From: the human T2T-CHM13v2.0 reference genome, Homo sapiens
Reading direction: 5' to 3' (one strand)
Assembly: GCF_009914755.1 (NCBI RefSeq)
Contig: NC_060927.1
Length of the DNA stretch: 64,000 nucleotides
A model generated the notes under the pieces. That model did no database searches and had not been told where the DNA came from. It saw nothing but the letters and a program-made list of their open reading frames with translations. Of this stretch, positions 16,861 to 31,240 are shown in pieces. The position numbers and the translations under genes were made by a program. Position 1 is the stretch's first letter, and the number at the start of each line of letters is the position of its first letter.

Positions 16861-17180
<320 letters not shown>

Positions 17181-17646
17181 AAAGAAATGGAGGTAAAAAT
17201 GGGTAACTGCAGGAACATGTCTCAACCAAAGACCTAACACTAGGCAAACAAAAATGCTCACATGACCAATGCTACGTTATGGGAACAGCCCTTGCATCCA
17301 ATAAGCAAAGTCCTGAAGAACATACATTAGATGTAGTCTCACGTATAAAAGGGGTAACTCGTCCTCATCTCTGTAACGCAATAACCATGTTAACCACTTT
17401 CCTTCATAGCATCAGCTGATCTTCAACCAATCACAGCTGATGAGATTCTTCCATATATCCTGATTATTATCTGCTGGACCTGTGTCAGCAAACCTCTGCT
17501 ATTTAAATGATTTCTTCCTTCCCTTGGACCACTGGGTTGCTTCATCTTCCTTGGTATTGTTACCTGTATTTGGGAAGTACGGCAGCATGAACAGAGGCAT
17601 TAGCAAATGTGCCAAGATGAAAGGGGCATTCAAGGACACCTCCCAC

Positions 17647-17939
17647 TTTTTTTTTCTTTTTTTTTTTTTTTTTTGGTGACAGGGTCTTGTTCCATTGCCC
17701 AGGCCAGAGTACAGTGGTGATCATAGCTCACCTGGACCTCCTGGGCTCAAGCAATCCACCCATCACATCTTCCCAAGTACCAAGGACCACAGGCACACAC
17801 TACCATACCCAGCTAATTTTTGTAGAGACAGGGTTTTCCCATGTTGCCCAGGCTGGTCTCAAACTCCTGGCCTCAAGCAATCCTCTCATCTCAACCTCCC
17901 CAACTGTCAGTATTACAGTAGTCAGCCACCACACCCGGT
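17647..17939 (-). mobile_element. AluJ SINE
   Basis: Diverged reverse dimer; TSD caaggacacc. Confidence 0.88.
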
Positions 17940-18390
17940 CAAGGACACCCCTTTTACGGAGGATTCTTTTTTTCACATTCATGAAAATCAAACAAACTGT
18001 ATTTTTCTTATGGCTCTCAGCCATATTTTTTCTTTGGGGGTAATGATTTGTATTATTTTGCACACCAAAGTAGAAGCTCCCAAAAAAAGGCAAGATAGCA
18101 GGGCTGCCACTAGCCCATATGACTCCTTTGTGCAAATTAGAAAATGAAGCCCCTTCCCAAGACACTTCACTTCTATCTGCCAGAACACTGTTGCAATGTA
18201 CTGATTTTGTTAGATAAGAAACTGTGTTGTCATCTTCTGACAAGCGTATAAAATATATGCAAATCCATGATCTCCATGATAAAAATGGTGCCCTCTAGAG
18301 TTGTGCAGTGCCCAATCTACACAATTCTGTACACTGACTCTAAATGACATCTCTTCATGTTTGTAGCATCACAACATTTCAGATAAATCA

Positions 18391-18971
18391 CAGTTGTCTC
18401 TTGGTATAGATGAGGAATTGGTTACAGCAGGGGTATCCAAACTCCAGGCCGCCAACCATTACTGGTCCATGGCCTGTTAGGAATTAGACCACATGGCAGG
18501 AGGTGAGCAGAGGGCAAGGGAGCATTACCGCCTGAGCTCCCCCTGCTATCAGCTCAGCAGCAGCATTAGCTTCTCTTAGGAGCCTGAACCTTATTGTGAA
18601 CTGCGCATACAAGGGATCTAGGCTGCATGCTACTTATGAGAATCTAGGTAATGCCTGATGATCTGGGGTGAAACAGCTTCATCTTGAAACCATCCCCTGC
18701 CCAGCCCTGTTTGTGGAAAAATTGTCCTCCACTAAACAAGTTCCCGATGCCAAACAGGTTGGGAACTGCTGGGTTACAGGACCACCTACCACAGCATACC
18801 AAAATCCACACACACTCAAGTCCTGAAGAACCTGAATACACAAATTCCCCTCCATAAACATGGGTTCAAATCCAGGGAAACCTGTATTTTCAATCTGCAT
18901 TTGGTTGAAAAAAAAATCCACATATGAGTGGACCTGTGTAGTTCAAGCCCATGTTGTTCAAAGGCCAACTA
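18391..18971. mobile_element. MER8-like Tigger MITE split by MER1
   Basis: cagttgtctcttggtat... start; ...catgttgttcaaaggccaact end. Confidence 0.72.
18428..18771. mobile_element. MER1B-like hAT-Charlie element
   Basis: caggggt...ctgctg termini; perfect 8-bp TSD ggttacag at 18420-18427 and 18772-18779. Confidence 0.85.
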
Positions 18972-20145
18972 TAATTGTGATTTGCCTAAAAACTGTCGTA
19001 ACAAGTCAGATTCAAATATTGTTTGTGTGGGTGTGTGATTGTTCTGTGTGTATGTACCTTTATTATATATTATTTAAATAAATGTTGCCAAAAAGGAGAA
19101 TTGTCTATGTCAGGTTAGATTACTGGCCCACAGCCATGAGAACAGCTATTCTTGATATACCAGGAAGAGAAATTTTAAAATACATGCCATACTAAGGCGA
19201 TGACATGGTGAGAGAAAGAAGAAAAAAGAAAAATCTGGAGTTCTGGAGCAATCTGTTTATTCCCAAGGCAAAAATATTTATCCTTAACTTGTATAACCAA
19301 AAATGTTTCTAATGGTCACAAAAATAATTGCCCCATTTCAAAATCCAGTTGCTATAGTGCAGGAATAAAGTTTACCATGTGAGCCTCATCTTCCTTAAAC
19401 ACTTCTACATTTAGCTGCCATCAACTTCACCTTTCCCACCTTTAGATTCTGGCCTTTAAATGAGACCAGTAAGAGTTCACAAGGCCCAGGATAATGAGTT
19501 TTCCAGAAACACGATCCCAGTTTCCCAAGCAATGGAAGGGCCAGACTACCATGAGAGTCACAGCTTAAAGAAAGTAAATAATTCAAAAATAAAAATTTGT
19601 AAATAAGCAGATTTTTTTATGACCTCCTCTGCTGGCAGAGCACTAACTCAAGCAGACTGCTTTTCCTCACCCTCTGATATCATCACCACTAGCACCAGTG
19701 AGTGTAGTACGGCCAATGAAAACAGCAGAGAGGGGAAGAAGCCAGCCCAGTTGAGATTCTAATAAGGGTTGGGTATACCCTTCTTGTTGCTTCAGCTCAA
19801 TCCACTACTATCATTGTCATAACACAGAAAGTTTCTTAGTCCCATTTTAACAGAGGTGGAACCTGAGTCTCAGAGCAGTTAAACAACTTGCCAGAGGTCA
19901 CATAGCTTTTAATGGTTAGGCATGTCTGGGTTCAAAGCTCTTGCCCTTCTGCTACACCACACTGCCCTGGGTAGAGCTTTAGATCAGTGCATCTCAGCCC
20001 TTCATGTGTCCACAGGTCTCTTGAAGATCTTGTTACAATGCAGATTCTAATTCCAGAGGCCTGGGACACAGCTCTTAGCTAGCAAACTCCCAGAAGATGT
20101 TGATGCTGGTTGCTGGACTGCACTTTTAGTAGCAAGACTTTGAAT

Positions 20146-20365
20146 CAGTGGTTTTTCAACAGGGGATGACTCTATCCCACAGGAGACACCTGGCAATGTC
20201 TGCAGACATTTTTGATTGACATGACTTGGGGGAGTAATGCTACTAACATCTGATAGATGGACGTCAGGGATGTTGCTAAATGTCCTACATGAGGACAAGC
20301 CCCCATCCCCAGCAAAGAACTATCCAGCCCAGAATGTCAACAGTGCTGGCGTGGTTGAGAAACCC
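20146..20365. mobile_element. MER20 (adjacent to a MER5-like fragment at about 19985-20140)
   Basis: cagtggtttttcaac...ggcaatgtctgcagacattttt...ggttgagaaaccct. Confidence 0.78.
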
Positions 20366-20849
20366 TTAGAGGGCCTGAGTTCATTTAGACTTCTTTCAAA
20401 GCCGCTGTAGATTTGCAAACTTGCACTGGAGTTAAAGGTAGCTCTAGTACTTAAGAAATTCTCCATAAAGCCTGATAGAAATGTTGATGCCATGTAACTG
20501 ATAGCTGGAGCATGATGAAGTTTAATTTCCTCACAAATATTCTGTCATTGTGCTGAAGAAAATCAAATCAGCTGATTACAGACAGGGGTTCCAGAAACTG
20601 CCCAGAGTTTCTGTAAGGTCCTTGTATCTTATCACTGGATGTCACAATAGAAAATGCAAGGGATTAGATTATTTTTAGATACAAATTTTATAATTTCCTG
20701 TTCTGGCAGCTCAAACCTTTACCTTGTTAGCAAGGATCACATGAAACCATCTTTTATTATTCAGCATTAGCTCCTGAAACCTACTATCAATATCATGCTG
20801 GGATACTGCCATGCTCTGCACCCAGCATCCATTCAACTCCCAAACTCAG

Positions 20850-20851
<2 letters not shown>

Positions 20852-20883
<32 letters not shown>
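20852..20883 (+). repeat. (A)32 tract
   Basis: Read directly; flanked by caaactcag on both sides. Confidence 0.95.
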
Positions 20884-20884
<1 letters not shown>

Positions 20885-21136
20885 AAACTCAGTCATTCAT
20901 CTGGCTCTTTAATGTCACAGCACCAAAAAATTAGTTCAAGTTGAATATTTTTGACTAAAGTAACCATGGCATATTGTGGTGTTAAGAATCTTTAAATGCC
21001 ATATTGTTTAATTACAGCATATGCTTAGGAAGACTACATTTGAATATAATTTGAGAGGTGAATTAAGGTTTGGTTAAAATTATATAGCTTCTTTGGGAGG
21101 AGGAGGATTTGAGAAAGAACAACGCATGTGCTAGTG

Positions 21137-21357
21137 CAGGGGTGTCCAATCTTTTGGCTTCGCTGGGCCACATTGGAAGAAGAATTGTCCTAGGCCACAC
21201 ATAAAACATATTAACACTAATGATAGCTCCTGAGCCTAAAAACACACACATACACACACACAAAATCTCATAGTGTTCTAAGAAAGTTTACAAATTTTGG
21301 GGGGCCACATTCAAAACCATCCTGGGCCACATGTGGCTTATGGGTTGGACAAGCTTG
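21137..21357. mobile_element. MER30-like hAT element
   Basis: caggggtgtccaatcttttggcttc...ggttggacaagcttg. Confidence 0.8.
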
Positions 21358-22349
21358 TACCAGTATATCAGGGCCCGAGGCCATACATGCCCCCATCTTT
21401 CCTACTTATCTGTCGATGAACTTTGCCTCATCCCTAGGGACCAAACGCAAAGGTCCCTCCCATGAGAGTCTCTCTCATCTCAGTGTCCCCTTCAAGACAT
21501 AGTTTAGAGTTAAAGGTTCTCCATAAAACAACTGAATGCAAGAGTGAATGAATGAATGAATGAGTTCTCTCGCCCTTGACGGCCCTGTTTTCTGGGTTCT
21601 CCCTCCTCTCTAAATATTTCCTTCTCAGTTTTTTTCACTGCTCCTCTTCCTTCTTATTTGTCTTAAACAGAGATATGCCCTAATTCTATCATCAGACCCT
21701 CCTCACTTGCAGGGACAGGGGGAGGTGAAGGGGTATCTAAACTCCATCTCTTATAAATGCTTCCCAAACCCACATCTCTAGCCTAGTCTTCTGCCTTGAA
21801 ATGCAAACCCATATTTTCAAATGCCAAACATTCCTTCTCCTCCCAAAACCCTGCCTCCCTCGTGACTGTCACAGGCATTAGAAATGACCCTGTCCCCAAA
21901 GCTGAAAACTCCAGGCTCTCCAATACCTCCACCCTCCTCATTCTTTAGGTTCTTAGATGTTCCTGTTTCAAGGCATCTTCTTATATTCCTTTCCCTGTCT
22001 ATTCCCACTGTCATCACCTTAATTCTACCTTATGAACAGTCTCCTAGGCTTTCAAAACTGACCCCTAAATGGTGGGTTCAGGATTTCCGTTCACCCATAT
22101 ATTTTCATACTTCCTAGACACTTGAAGCCTGATTAAAAAACAAGCCAAATTACCAAAAAAAAAAAAAATTAGTATAAACATCTAATTTTCTTTAGGGAAA
22201 CTGGCAAGGAAACTGGTTACAGAGAGAATAAGGGTTGGGATTGCCCCTTGGGAAGCCCTTGTTACTCAGCAGGCTGCACCAGCCCCACTCCGACTCTCCC
22301 ACACACAAAGGAGGCAGAGTAGCCCGAGGATTGGGAGCACAGGACTGTT

Positions 22350-22545
22350 GGCCCCCTGACTGTGACTTCCTGTAAGGCCTTAGGCAGAGTAATCCCCTTC
22401 CTGTGACTCCGTTGCTTCATTTGTAACAAGGGGAGATTAATAGGCTCAGCTTTACCAGGGTTGTTGTGAGGATTAAAGGAGTTACTACATATCAAGAGGT
22501 TAGAATAGAGCCTGGCCCACCGTGGGTGACTGATAAATGTTAGTC
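22350..22545 (+). mobile_element. MIR
   Basis: Core ggttgttgtgaggattaaa...ttagaatagagcctggc...taaatgttag. Confidence 0.7.
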
Positions 22546-22969
22546 ATGATGATGACAACAACAACTATCTACTTAGTAAAGACTGCAATATCCCAGAGCA
22601 GAGTTCAGACTGGTGGGATCAACAGTATTCAATAAAATGACCTAGCAACATCATTAACTCTGTGTTCCAATCCCCTGAGAGGGACATCACATTGTTTCTT
22701 TCAGGAATGCATGACCTTTGTCCAATCATGCGAAGATATGGGAAGGGTCTGAAGTGAGGGAAATTCAGCTAAATAATTGATCAATACTCTTCAAGGGTGC
22801 CAAGATCATGGTAGATAAGGAATAACTAAAGAATTGTTGCAAACTGCAGGACACTAGGGAGAAATAACAACTAAATGTAACATAGGATCCTGGAATGGCA
22901 ATAAAAGAACATTGGTAGAAAAACTGGTGAAGTTTAAATGAGGACTTTAGTTTGGTTAATGGTATCTAC

Positions 22970-23390
22970 TGTTTTAGTCCATATTTGTGTTGCTATCAAG
23001 AAATACCTGAGGCTGAGGCTGGATAATTTATAAAGAAAAGAGGTTTATTTGGCTCACAGTTCTGCAGGCTGTAAAGAAGCCTGACACAGGCATCTGCTCA
23101 GCTTCTGATGAGGGCCTCATGCTGCTTCCACTCCTGGTGGAAGAGGAAGGGGAGCCAGCGTGCAGATCACATGGTGAGGGAGGAGGTGAGAGAAAGGAGG
23201 AGGTGCCAGTTTCTTTTAAAGAACCAGCTATCATGGGAACTAATAGAGTGAGAACTCACCCTTATAGCACCAAGTCATTCATGAGGAATCAGCCCTCATG
23301 ACCCAAACACTTCCCACTATGCCCCAACTCCAGCATTGGGGATCACATTTCAACATGAGTTTTTGAGTATTACATATCCAAATTATAGCA
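22970..23390 (-). mobile_element. MST-family (MSTB-like) MaLR solo LTR inside an old L1M fragment
   Basis: tgttttagtcc...gaggtttatttggctcacagttctgcaggctg...tccaaattatagca. Confidence 0.82.
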
Positions 23391-24287
23391 TGTGCCATAC
23401 CAGGCAGAAATGGTAATTTCCTGGTTCTAATACTTGTACTCAAGTTATGTAAGAGAGGAACACTGAGGAAAGCTAGGGGAGAGACATACAGAAACCCTCT
23501 GCCTGATTTTTGCAAATTTTCTGTAAGTCTATAAGTAGTTAAAAATAAAAATCTGATCCTTCACAAAAGAACACTAATGCAGCTTCACTCCAAAATCATT
23601 CCCTAACAGTTTTGGGTTTTTATCATATACTAAGGCATTACTAGGGTTCATGGAAGCATCAGTGAACTGGACATGGTTCTTCCTTTTGATATTTCACAGT
23701 CTAGTGGGAAAGGCAGTCAAGTAAATGAATATTTAGTAATTGTTATGAGCAATATATGCACAAGTAGGGACCTTAATCCAGTCCAGGGCAGGAAGGACTG
23801 AAAGTGAGGATATCCAGAGAAGGTAAAACACCTGGGCTGAATATTGTAGGACAAGTAAGGGTTAGTCAAGTGAGGATGGAGGAGGAAGGAAGCCCCAGCA
23901 GTGGGGGAGTCACACAAACACAGGCACAGAGCCCAGAAGCTGGCTGTTCAGCAAAGCCAGAGTTTAAGCTGACTGGGAGAGGCAAGTGAGAAAGGAAAAG
24001 TAGGTGATAAGGTGGAAAAATGTAGGCAGGGGCCTTGTAAGCCAGGCTCAAGACTTTGTACTTTGTCCTTCGGGCAATGCAGGGTTCTGAAAGGACAGAC
24101 ATACATTTTTCTAAGATGATCCTGAGAGTAGCATGAAGAATGAACTACAAGAGGTACGAAGCTGGGAGACCAGTTAAGAGGACCAAGCCAAAGGTAAGAG
24201 CAATGGAAATGAAAGAACTTAGGCAGACTCGAAAGTGTGTAGAGAGAGAGAATAAATAGGGCTTAGTGATATACTGGATACAGAGGG

Positions 24288-24809
24288 TATGGTAAGCTGA
24301 GTAACGGACCCCCTCAAAGATGTCCACCTACTAATTCCCAAATCCTGTGTATATGTTACTTTACATGGCAGAAGGACCTTGCAGATGTGAATGAGTTAAG
24401 GATTTTAAAATGAGAAGATTATATTGTATTAACTAGGTGGGCCCAATGTAATCATAAGGGTTTTGATAAGAGGGAGGCAAGAGGGTCAAAGTCACGGGGC
24501 AGGAAATATGACCACAGAAGCAAGGGTCATAAAGAAATTTGAAAATGTTTCAGTGTTGGCTGGAAAATGGAGGGGGGTGCCACAAGCCAAGGAGTGCAGC
24601 TGGCCTTTAGAAGCTGGGAAAGGCAAGGGAATGAATTCCCCCTGAGAGCTTCCAGAAGGAATGCAGGCCTGACAACATCTTGATCTTAGCCCAGTGAAAC
24701 TGACTTCACACTTCTGATCCCCAGGACTGTACAAGAATCATGTATTTGTATTGTCTAAAACCACTAAGTTTGTGGTAATTTGTTACCGCAGCAATAAAAA
24801 ACTAATACA
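24288..24809 (+). mobile_element. MLT1 (MLT1D-like) MaLR LTR within L2-derived sequence
   Basis: ccttgcagatgtga..., agaagctgggaaaggcaagg, ...gcagcaataaaaaactaataca. Confidence 0.8.
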
Positions 24810-25558
24810 GGGAGTGATGGAGAAAGAGAAATTGATGAGGTTCCCAGTGTCTGGCTTGGGTTGGGAGGTACGTGGTGGTGACAGCAAGACAAGGACACAG
24901 GGGGAGAATAGTTGGGAAGAAGACAAGTTCCATTCTGGACAGGCTAATCCCAATATGTTTCTGCAACCCACAGGAAGTCCACTAGATGGTTACATGTATG
25001 GTGCTGGTGCTCAAGAGAGAGGTCCAGGCTTGGGATGGAATTTTCCACAAAGTTGCCACTCACCACTTGGTATATACTTAACTAGGTCTACCGAGTTTTC
25101 ATGTTTTAATGAAAAGGTTAGCTTCAGGAGTACTACTGTTACTATTGCTATGGTTATGATATATGCTATGAGGAGTGACTATTTCTACAGGCAAGACTGA
25201 GTAAGGGAAAGAACAATACTTATATTCTAATAGCATGGCAGCTATGTTACCCTGAGGAAGTTACAAATTCTCTGTGCCTCAGTTTCCTTATCTTTAAAAA
25301 GAGAATAAATCCTGAATGGGATTAAATTTAAAATGAGTGCTTGGCACTTAGTTGAGTGCCCAACACAAAGTTAAGTGCTCAATAAAGGGGAGCTAAGTAA
25401 GAACAGCTTATACACAACCCATTAAGAATATTTTGATAAATCATAAGAAGTTCTTAAGTTGTCCAAAAAGCTGTAACAAATTGTAATTCTTTCCCCAGTC
25501 ATTTTCTAAATGTATCGAATACTTCATTTGCTATAGGACATTAAAAGTATAGAGGACA

Positions 25559-25922
<364 letters not shown>

Positions 25923-27087
25923 TCAATAATGATAAAGAACAGTGTGCAAGCTGCTGGTGATACTAAAGATGAGTACAATGTGATTCCTGCCCTCAGGGAA
26001 TGCACAGTCTTGAGAGAAGACAGATTAGATATAGATACAGATATAGATATAGACATATGTTTCTACATGTAGACTAACATTTATTGTGCACCTACTAAGT
26101 GCCGAGCTTTACGAGTATTTAACATGTATTACATTTAAGTTTACTTATTGAAGCCCTGTGAATCAGATATTTCCCATACAGTAGAATTGTCTCCATAACA
26201 TTCTGAAGCAATTACAGAATGAAAGTGGGATGATGAAGATAAGGTTTGTCACATCTCAGAACAAACATCAGTACCCCAATAAGTGACATGTAAAATGCCA
26301 CCAGGCAAGGTTTGATCCTGAGGAGAGAAGTCAATGGTTTGCAAAGGGTGCATGAACTTGCTTTACAAGGAGACCAACTGATCCGAGGGCAACTCTTGCT
26401 TATCCCCTCCTCATTTTTCTTCAAGGAAACATAAATGATATTTGCTGAGCCAAGCCTGTGCAAAGTGCTTTGCATAGGTCATGTCACTTGAGACCAAAGA
26501 GTAAACCCAAGCAGGTGAATGCAAAGATTTTGTAGCAGGCAGAGAAAACTGCTGATTAAAATTCTATTAGACCGCAAGTCTCCTGTAAATTTCACTAGCA
26601 TTCCCAGGTCTCTTGCAAAAGTGCAGAACAGCTACTAGAAATATGACAACAAAGGCAATTAACCTCATAAAACAATGCAGATGAAAAAACAATGGGAGGA
26701 AAATGATTAAGGTTAAAATAAGAGAGGGAAACCAACATATTAAGAGAAAGAATAAGATTTTAAATGAGGTCATAATAGAAACCAGATGAGAAGCCCAAAT
26801 AGAAAAGGAAAGTTTCAAAGAAAACAAACCAGAAAGAAGGAAAGGAATTGGGTGGGAAGAAATGACTAGAAGTTATTTTGACTTTCTACAAAACAATAGA
26901 TGGTATGCTGGTTCTCATTTCTGAGGTCAAGTCCCCCATGAGGTCTCAGGCAAGTTACTTAACTGCCCTGATTAGGTAATAGGACAATGTCAGCACCTAC
27001 ATCTCATAAGAGTTGTTCTGAGGAGGAACTGAGTACAGCACTGAGCTCCATGCTTGCAGCTAGAAGATCTTCCATCTAACAGTGGTG

Positions 27088-27114
27088 CTGCTGCTGCTGC
27101 TGCTGCTGCTGCTG
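27088..27114. repeat. (CTG)9 trinucleotide repeat at a MIR tail
   Basis: Counted directly. Confidence 0.95.
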
Positions 27115-27748
27115 ATTTATGCTATCAACAGCATCCCACCAGGACCTCCCAAGATGAGATTCCATGACCTCTATTCCATGATAAGCCCAACAACCCTCAA
27201 ATGTTCCAGTGCCACACAGATTCCTCAGGAGGCATCTGTGATTTCAGGAAATGTGGTCATTTTAGATCATTCTCTCTAAGTCCTCTATGCAATACACATT
27301 TGTATCTGCAGGGCAACAAAGCAAAGAGCCACCATGCAAAGATAACCACAGCCTAGAAAAAGAAGAAAAGATAATGAGTTATTCACAAAGGTTTCCTGTC
27401 TTCTGGAAAAGCCTGTGTCATTGTGTCTCAGAAGTCCCCACGGTCAGCACAAATATCCTCAAATGTCCACTAAATTTCATGATTGCTCTACCTGTAAGGG
27501 TTGCTTAAGGGGCATCCCAACAATACCCACTGAGGTTTGTGCCTGGCAGGTTTTTAAGGCATCTCAAGCTTTCAATGTGCAATTGGCAAAGATTTAGCCA
27601 TCGTGCACCATTCTGTCCTTTAAAGCAGCTAAAGCTTGAATCTTTGAAATCATCTAAACCTTGACATGCATCATGAAAGTATTGCAACAGAGACCACTGA
27701 CAGGAACACCACTGTGTATCATGAAGGTACAGTGGAACACCTACATTA

Positions 27749-27896
<148 letters not shown>

Positions 27897-29401
27897 GTCA
27901 TTTCTACTGTCTAAGGCACAATCAGAGTTTGCCTCTTCTTTGCTGTGTGGACTCTGCCAGAATGACAAAGGCCCCCTCCACCCTTTACAAATAAATCACC
28001 TTGCAATGTATTCTATTTGAATATGGATGAGAAAAGGAGCATTTTAAAGAAGATCATTTGTCTAAACCAGGATTACTTTCTAGCACACTAAAAAGTGCAC
28101 ATAGGTAGTGAGGGAGCTCTTAATTCCAGATTCAAGTGATTAAATCATAAAAGAAGTTGTTGCTTTTTTTAAGGAACTCTTTGGAGAAATATTTTTAAGG
28201 CTGGACAAGCGGTACAAAAAGAAAGCGGCACAAATAAACCTAAAAGAAATTAAGCTTAGAGTGGCAGCTAATCTCCTTAAATAGGTTTCTGAGTGCAAGA
28301 TGTGTTAAGTGTTGATAAGCATTTCCTTGGTAAATGGCCACTGGCCCCAGTGTGTGGCACTCCAAGAACAGAACCCCTGCCACAAATCTGCAAGATTCTC
28401 TGCAAAAAAAGAACTCTGCTTCATTAATAACTTTTTAAAACATGCACTAACTAATTCACACTGGCAGTTGAAATCTTCCCATCAAAATTCATTCTACAAT
28501 CAGGCTAAGTTCAAAGATATATGCAGGGTAAAGAAAAAACTCAAGTTTAGAGAAGATTTGGGGTGAGTGGTGTAGGTGAACAAAATCATATAGTCTGAAC
28601 TTAAAGTTTTAGAGTCAGGAAAATAGGATAAAACTAGATAGAGGACTTGGTCAAGTGGGTCAAAAAATAAAGGTTTCAATTGCATAAAAAGCCAAATGTG
28701 AGTTCAGATTTTTAACGTGTTATGCATAAATACTTGCTGCTATTTTAATATTTGCCTTGACTTGAGCTGTAGTGGGACTCTGCCTGAGGCAAGATTTTTA
28801 ATAGCAATAATAAAAATACTTAATAGTACTTAGAGCAAAGCATGTGTGGTCACAATGTTTTAAAGGGGGAAAGAAAAGGTAATTTTGAACATCTGCACTG
28901 CATTTCCACATGATAAAACCACTACACTCCAAAATTATTCTGAAGTTTGGTGGTGCTAGAAGCAGGGGAGGAGGAAGAGGCAGTTCATGTAGAGAAATGT
29001 TTGTTTAAAAAACAGAAAGGGAGACACAAAGGCCATTTAGGGAAAAGCAGGGATGACAAACTTTACTGTAAAATAAAACTGCCAATTAATAGTGAGAGTC
29101 CAGTAATCAAAATGTAAGGCTTATGTGTCTTCTCAGATCCATAATTATTACCTCCATAAATACTCCTGAGAATCAAATGTCTTTTATTTTCACAAAGTCC
29201 CAATCTTCCCATGTGGTATATCAGATAAAACACCACCCCCAACCCCTCCTTTAGATTTCTTTTGCAGGACTTGCCTCATTTCCAGCCCTACAGTTTCTGA
29301 GAGAGAAGAGTGCAGTTGGGGTGGGGGAGTTGGAGGCAGCTTCTCTCTCAATCTCTCCCTCCATCTGCCTGTCTCTGTCTCTATCAATCTCAATCACTCT
29401 G

Positions 29402-29402
<1 letters not shown>

Positions 29403-29479
<77 letters not shown>
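29403..29479. repeat. Compound (CT)n(CA)n microsatellite
   Basis: Read directly. Confidence 0.95.
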
Positions 29480-29482
<3 letters not shown>

Positions 29483-30511
29483 TATGTTTCTTTTTAGGCT
29501 CAAGCTCCCCCCCATCCCTACCTCCCCCCAGCACATCTGCTTTCTAGTTAAATCCCCTGGAGTCAGACTCCGGGTGAAGAAGTCTCCTGATCTGGGCTGT
29601 CCTTCCTCAATAAAACCAAGTTTCAAGCAGATGGGGCTAGGAGTTACTGTCCTTGCCACAGCCCCAGGCCAGCCAGCAGAACGGATGGGTCACTCTATAC
29701 CAGCAGTTCACCACCATAATTATTTTGCAATGTCTGGAGACTGTTTTGTTGCTGTCAGCACAATCTGGGGAAGAGTGTAAGTGCTAATTGCATCTAGTAA
29801 GCAAAGGTCCACTATTCGACATCCTGCAATGCACAGGACAGCCCCACACAACAATCACCTTGCCCAATCGTCAACCTTGCTGAGACTGAAAATCCCTGGG
29901 CTACACCAAGCCAGCAACATCCTAGTAACAGGCAGTCTTCCCCCAATACTAAAAATGCTCAAATGTCTGGCAGCCCAGCTCAAACAGATGCGAGAGATCT
30001 GATTGCCCTGGGGGCAGGAAGAAGGGCAGAGAGTGATAAGGGAACTGGCTGTCCTCCTGACCAAATTCTGGCTTAGCTGAGTAAGACCAGTGTCCATGGG
30101 CAAACCTGGCAAGGCCATGGCACACTAACAACTACCACATGTCAATATTTTTTAACACAACCTGCAGATATACACAGTTTCTTTTTCAGGTCAGTTCCTT
30201 CAAAGCAGCCACATTTTTTAAAGCACTAATTGTGTAGGGCTAAAAAGTGTCAATAAACACAGGTATTTAAAAAGAGAAGGAGGAGGAGGAATAGGAGGAA
30301 GCCTGTGTTTTTATCAGGTAAGGAAGTCCTAATTCTTTTGGAGTTTGAATGGCAATCTCCACTTCTCTGGTGATTCTTAAAGAAGTCTTTGTTCACAGTC
30401 CCTTTGGAATCTGCCGGGGTTCCTTCCCAAAACACACCACTCCTAAAAGAGGTGCAGACTTTCGTGATAACTGACAATACCCAATGTGTTAGGAATCAGA
30501 GATCAAAACTA

Positions 30512-30896
<385 letters not shown>

Positions 30897-31027
30897 CTAT
30901 ATGTGAAAACAGTAAGATTTGATCCTCTAAATATAACTAATTGCAGACAGGCTTTTACCAAATGTCTTGATTCAAAAAACTACTTACTTATCCTTAATTC
31001 AGAAAGCTACTTACTTATTATCTAATT

Positions 31028-31240
31028 CAGGGGTCAGCACATTTAAAGAGGCAGATAGTAAATACTTTAGGCTTTGTGGACCAAGAGGCAAAATAAAGGG
31101 TACTATATACGTACTTACGTAATCCTTTCAAATGTAATCATTTAAAAAGGTAAAAAACATTCTTAGCTCCCAGGCCATTTAAAAAAAAAAAAATGCTGCA
31201 GGCCACATTTGGCCCATAATCTATAGTTTGCCAAATCTCA
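31028..31240. mobile_element. MER58B-like hAT element
   Basis: caggggtcagca...ggcagatagtaaatactttaggctttgtgg...tagtttgccaa. Confidence 0.6.

Noticed and set aside
27082-27279. Signal-peptide-like poly-Leu ORF
   Set aside because: Produced by the (CTG)9 repeat with a GTG start; no exon evidence.
29251-29780. ORFs with HTHTHT, CVCVCV or ERERER runs
   Set aside because: Artefacts of the (CT)n(CA)n microsatellite.
30978-31030. About 27-bp imperfect tandem duplication (ctacttacttat...taattcag)
   Set aside because: Simple tandem duplication beside a hAT element end.
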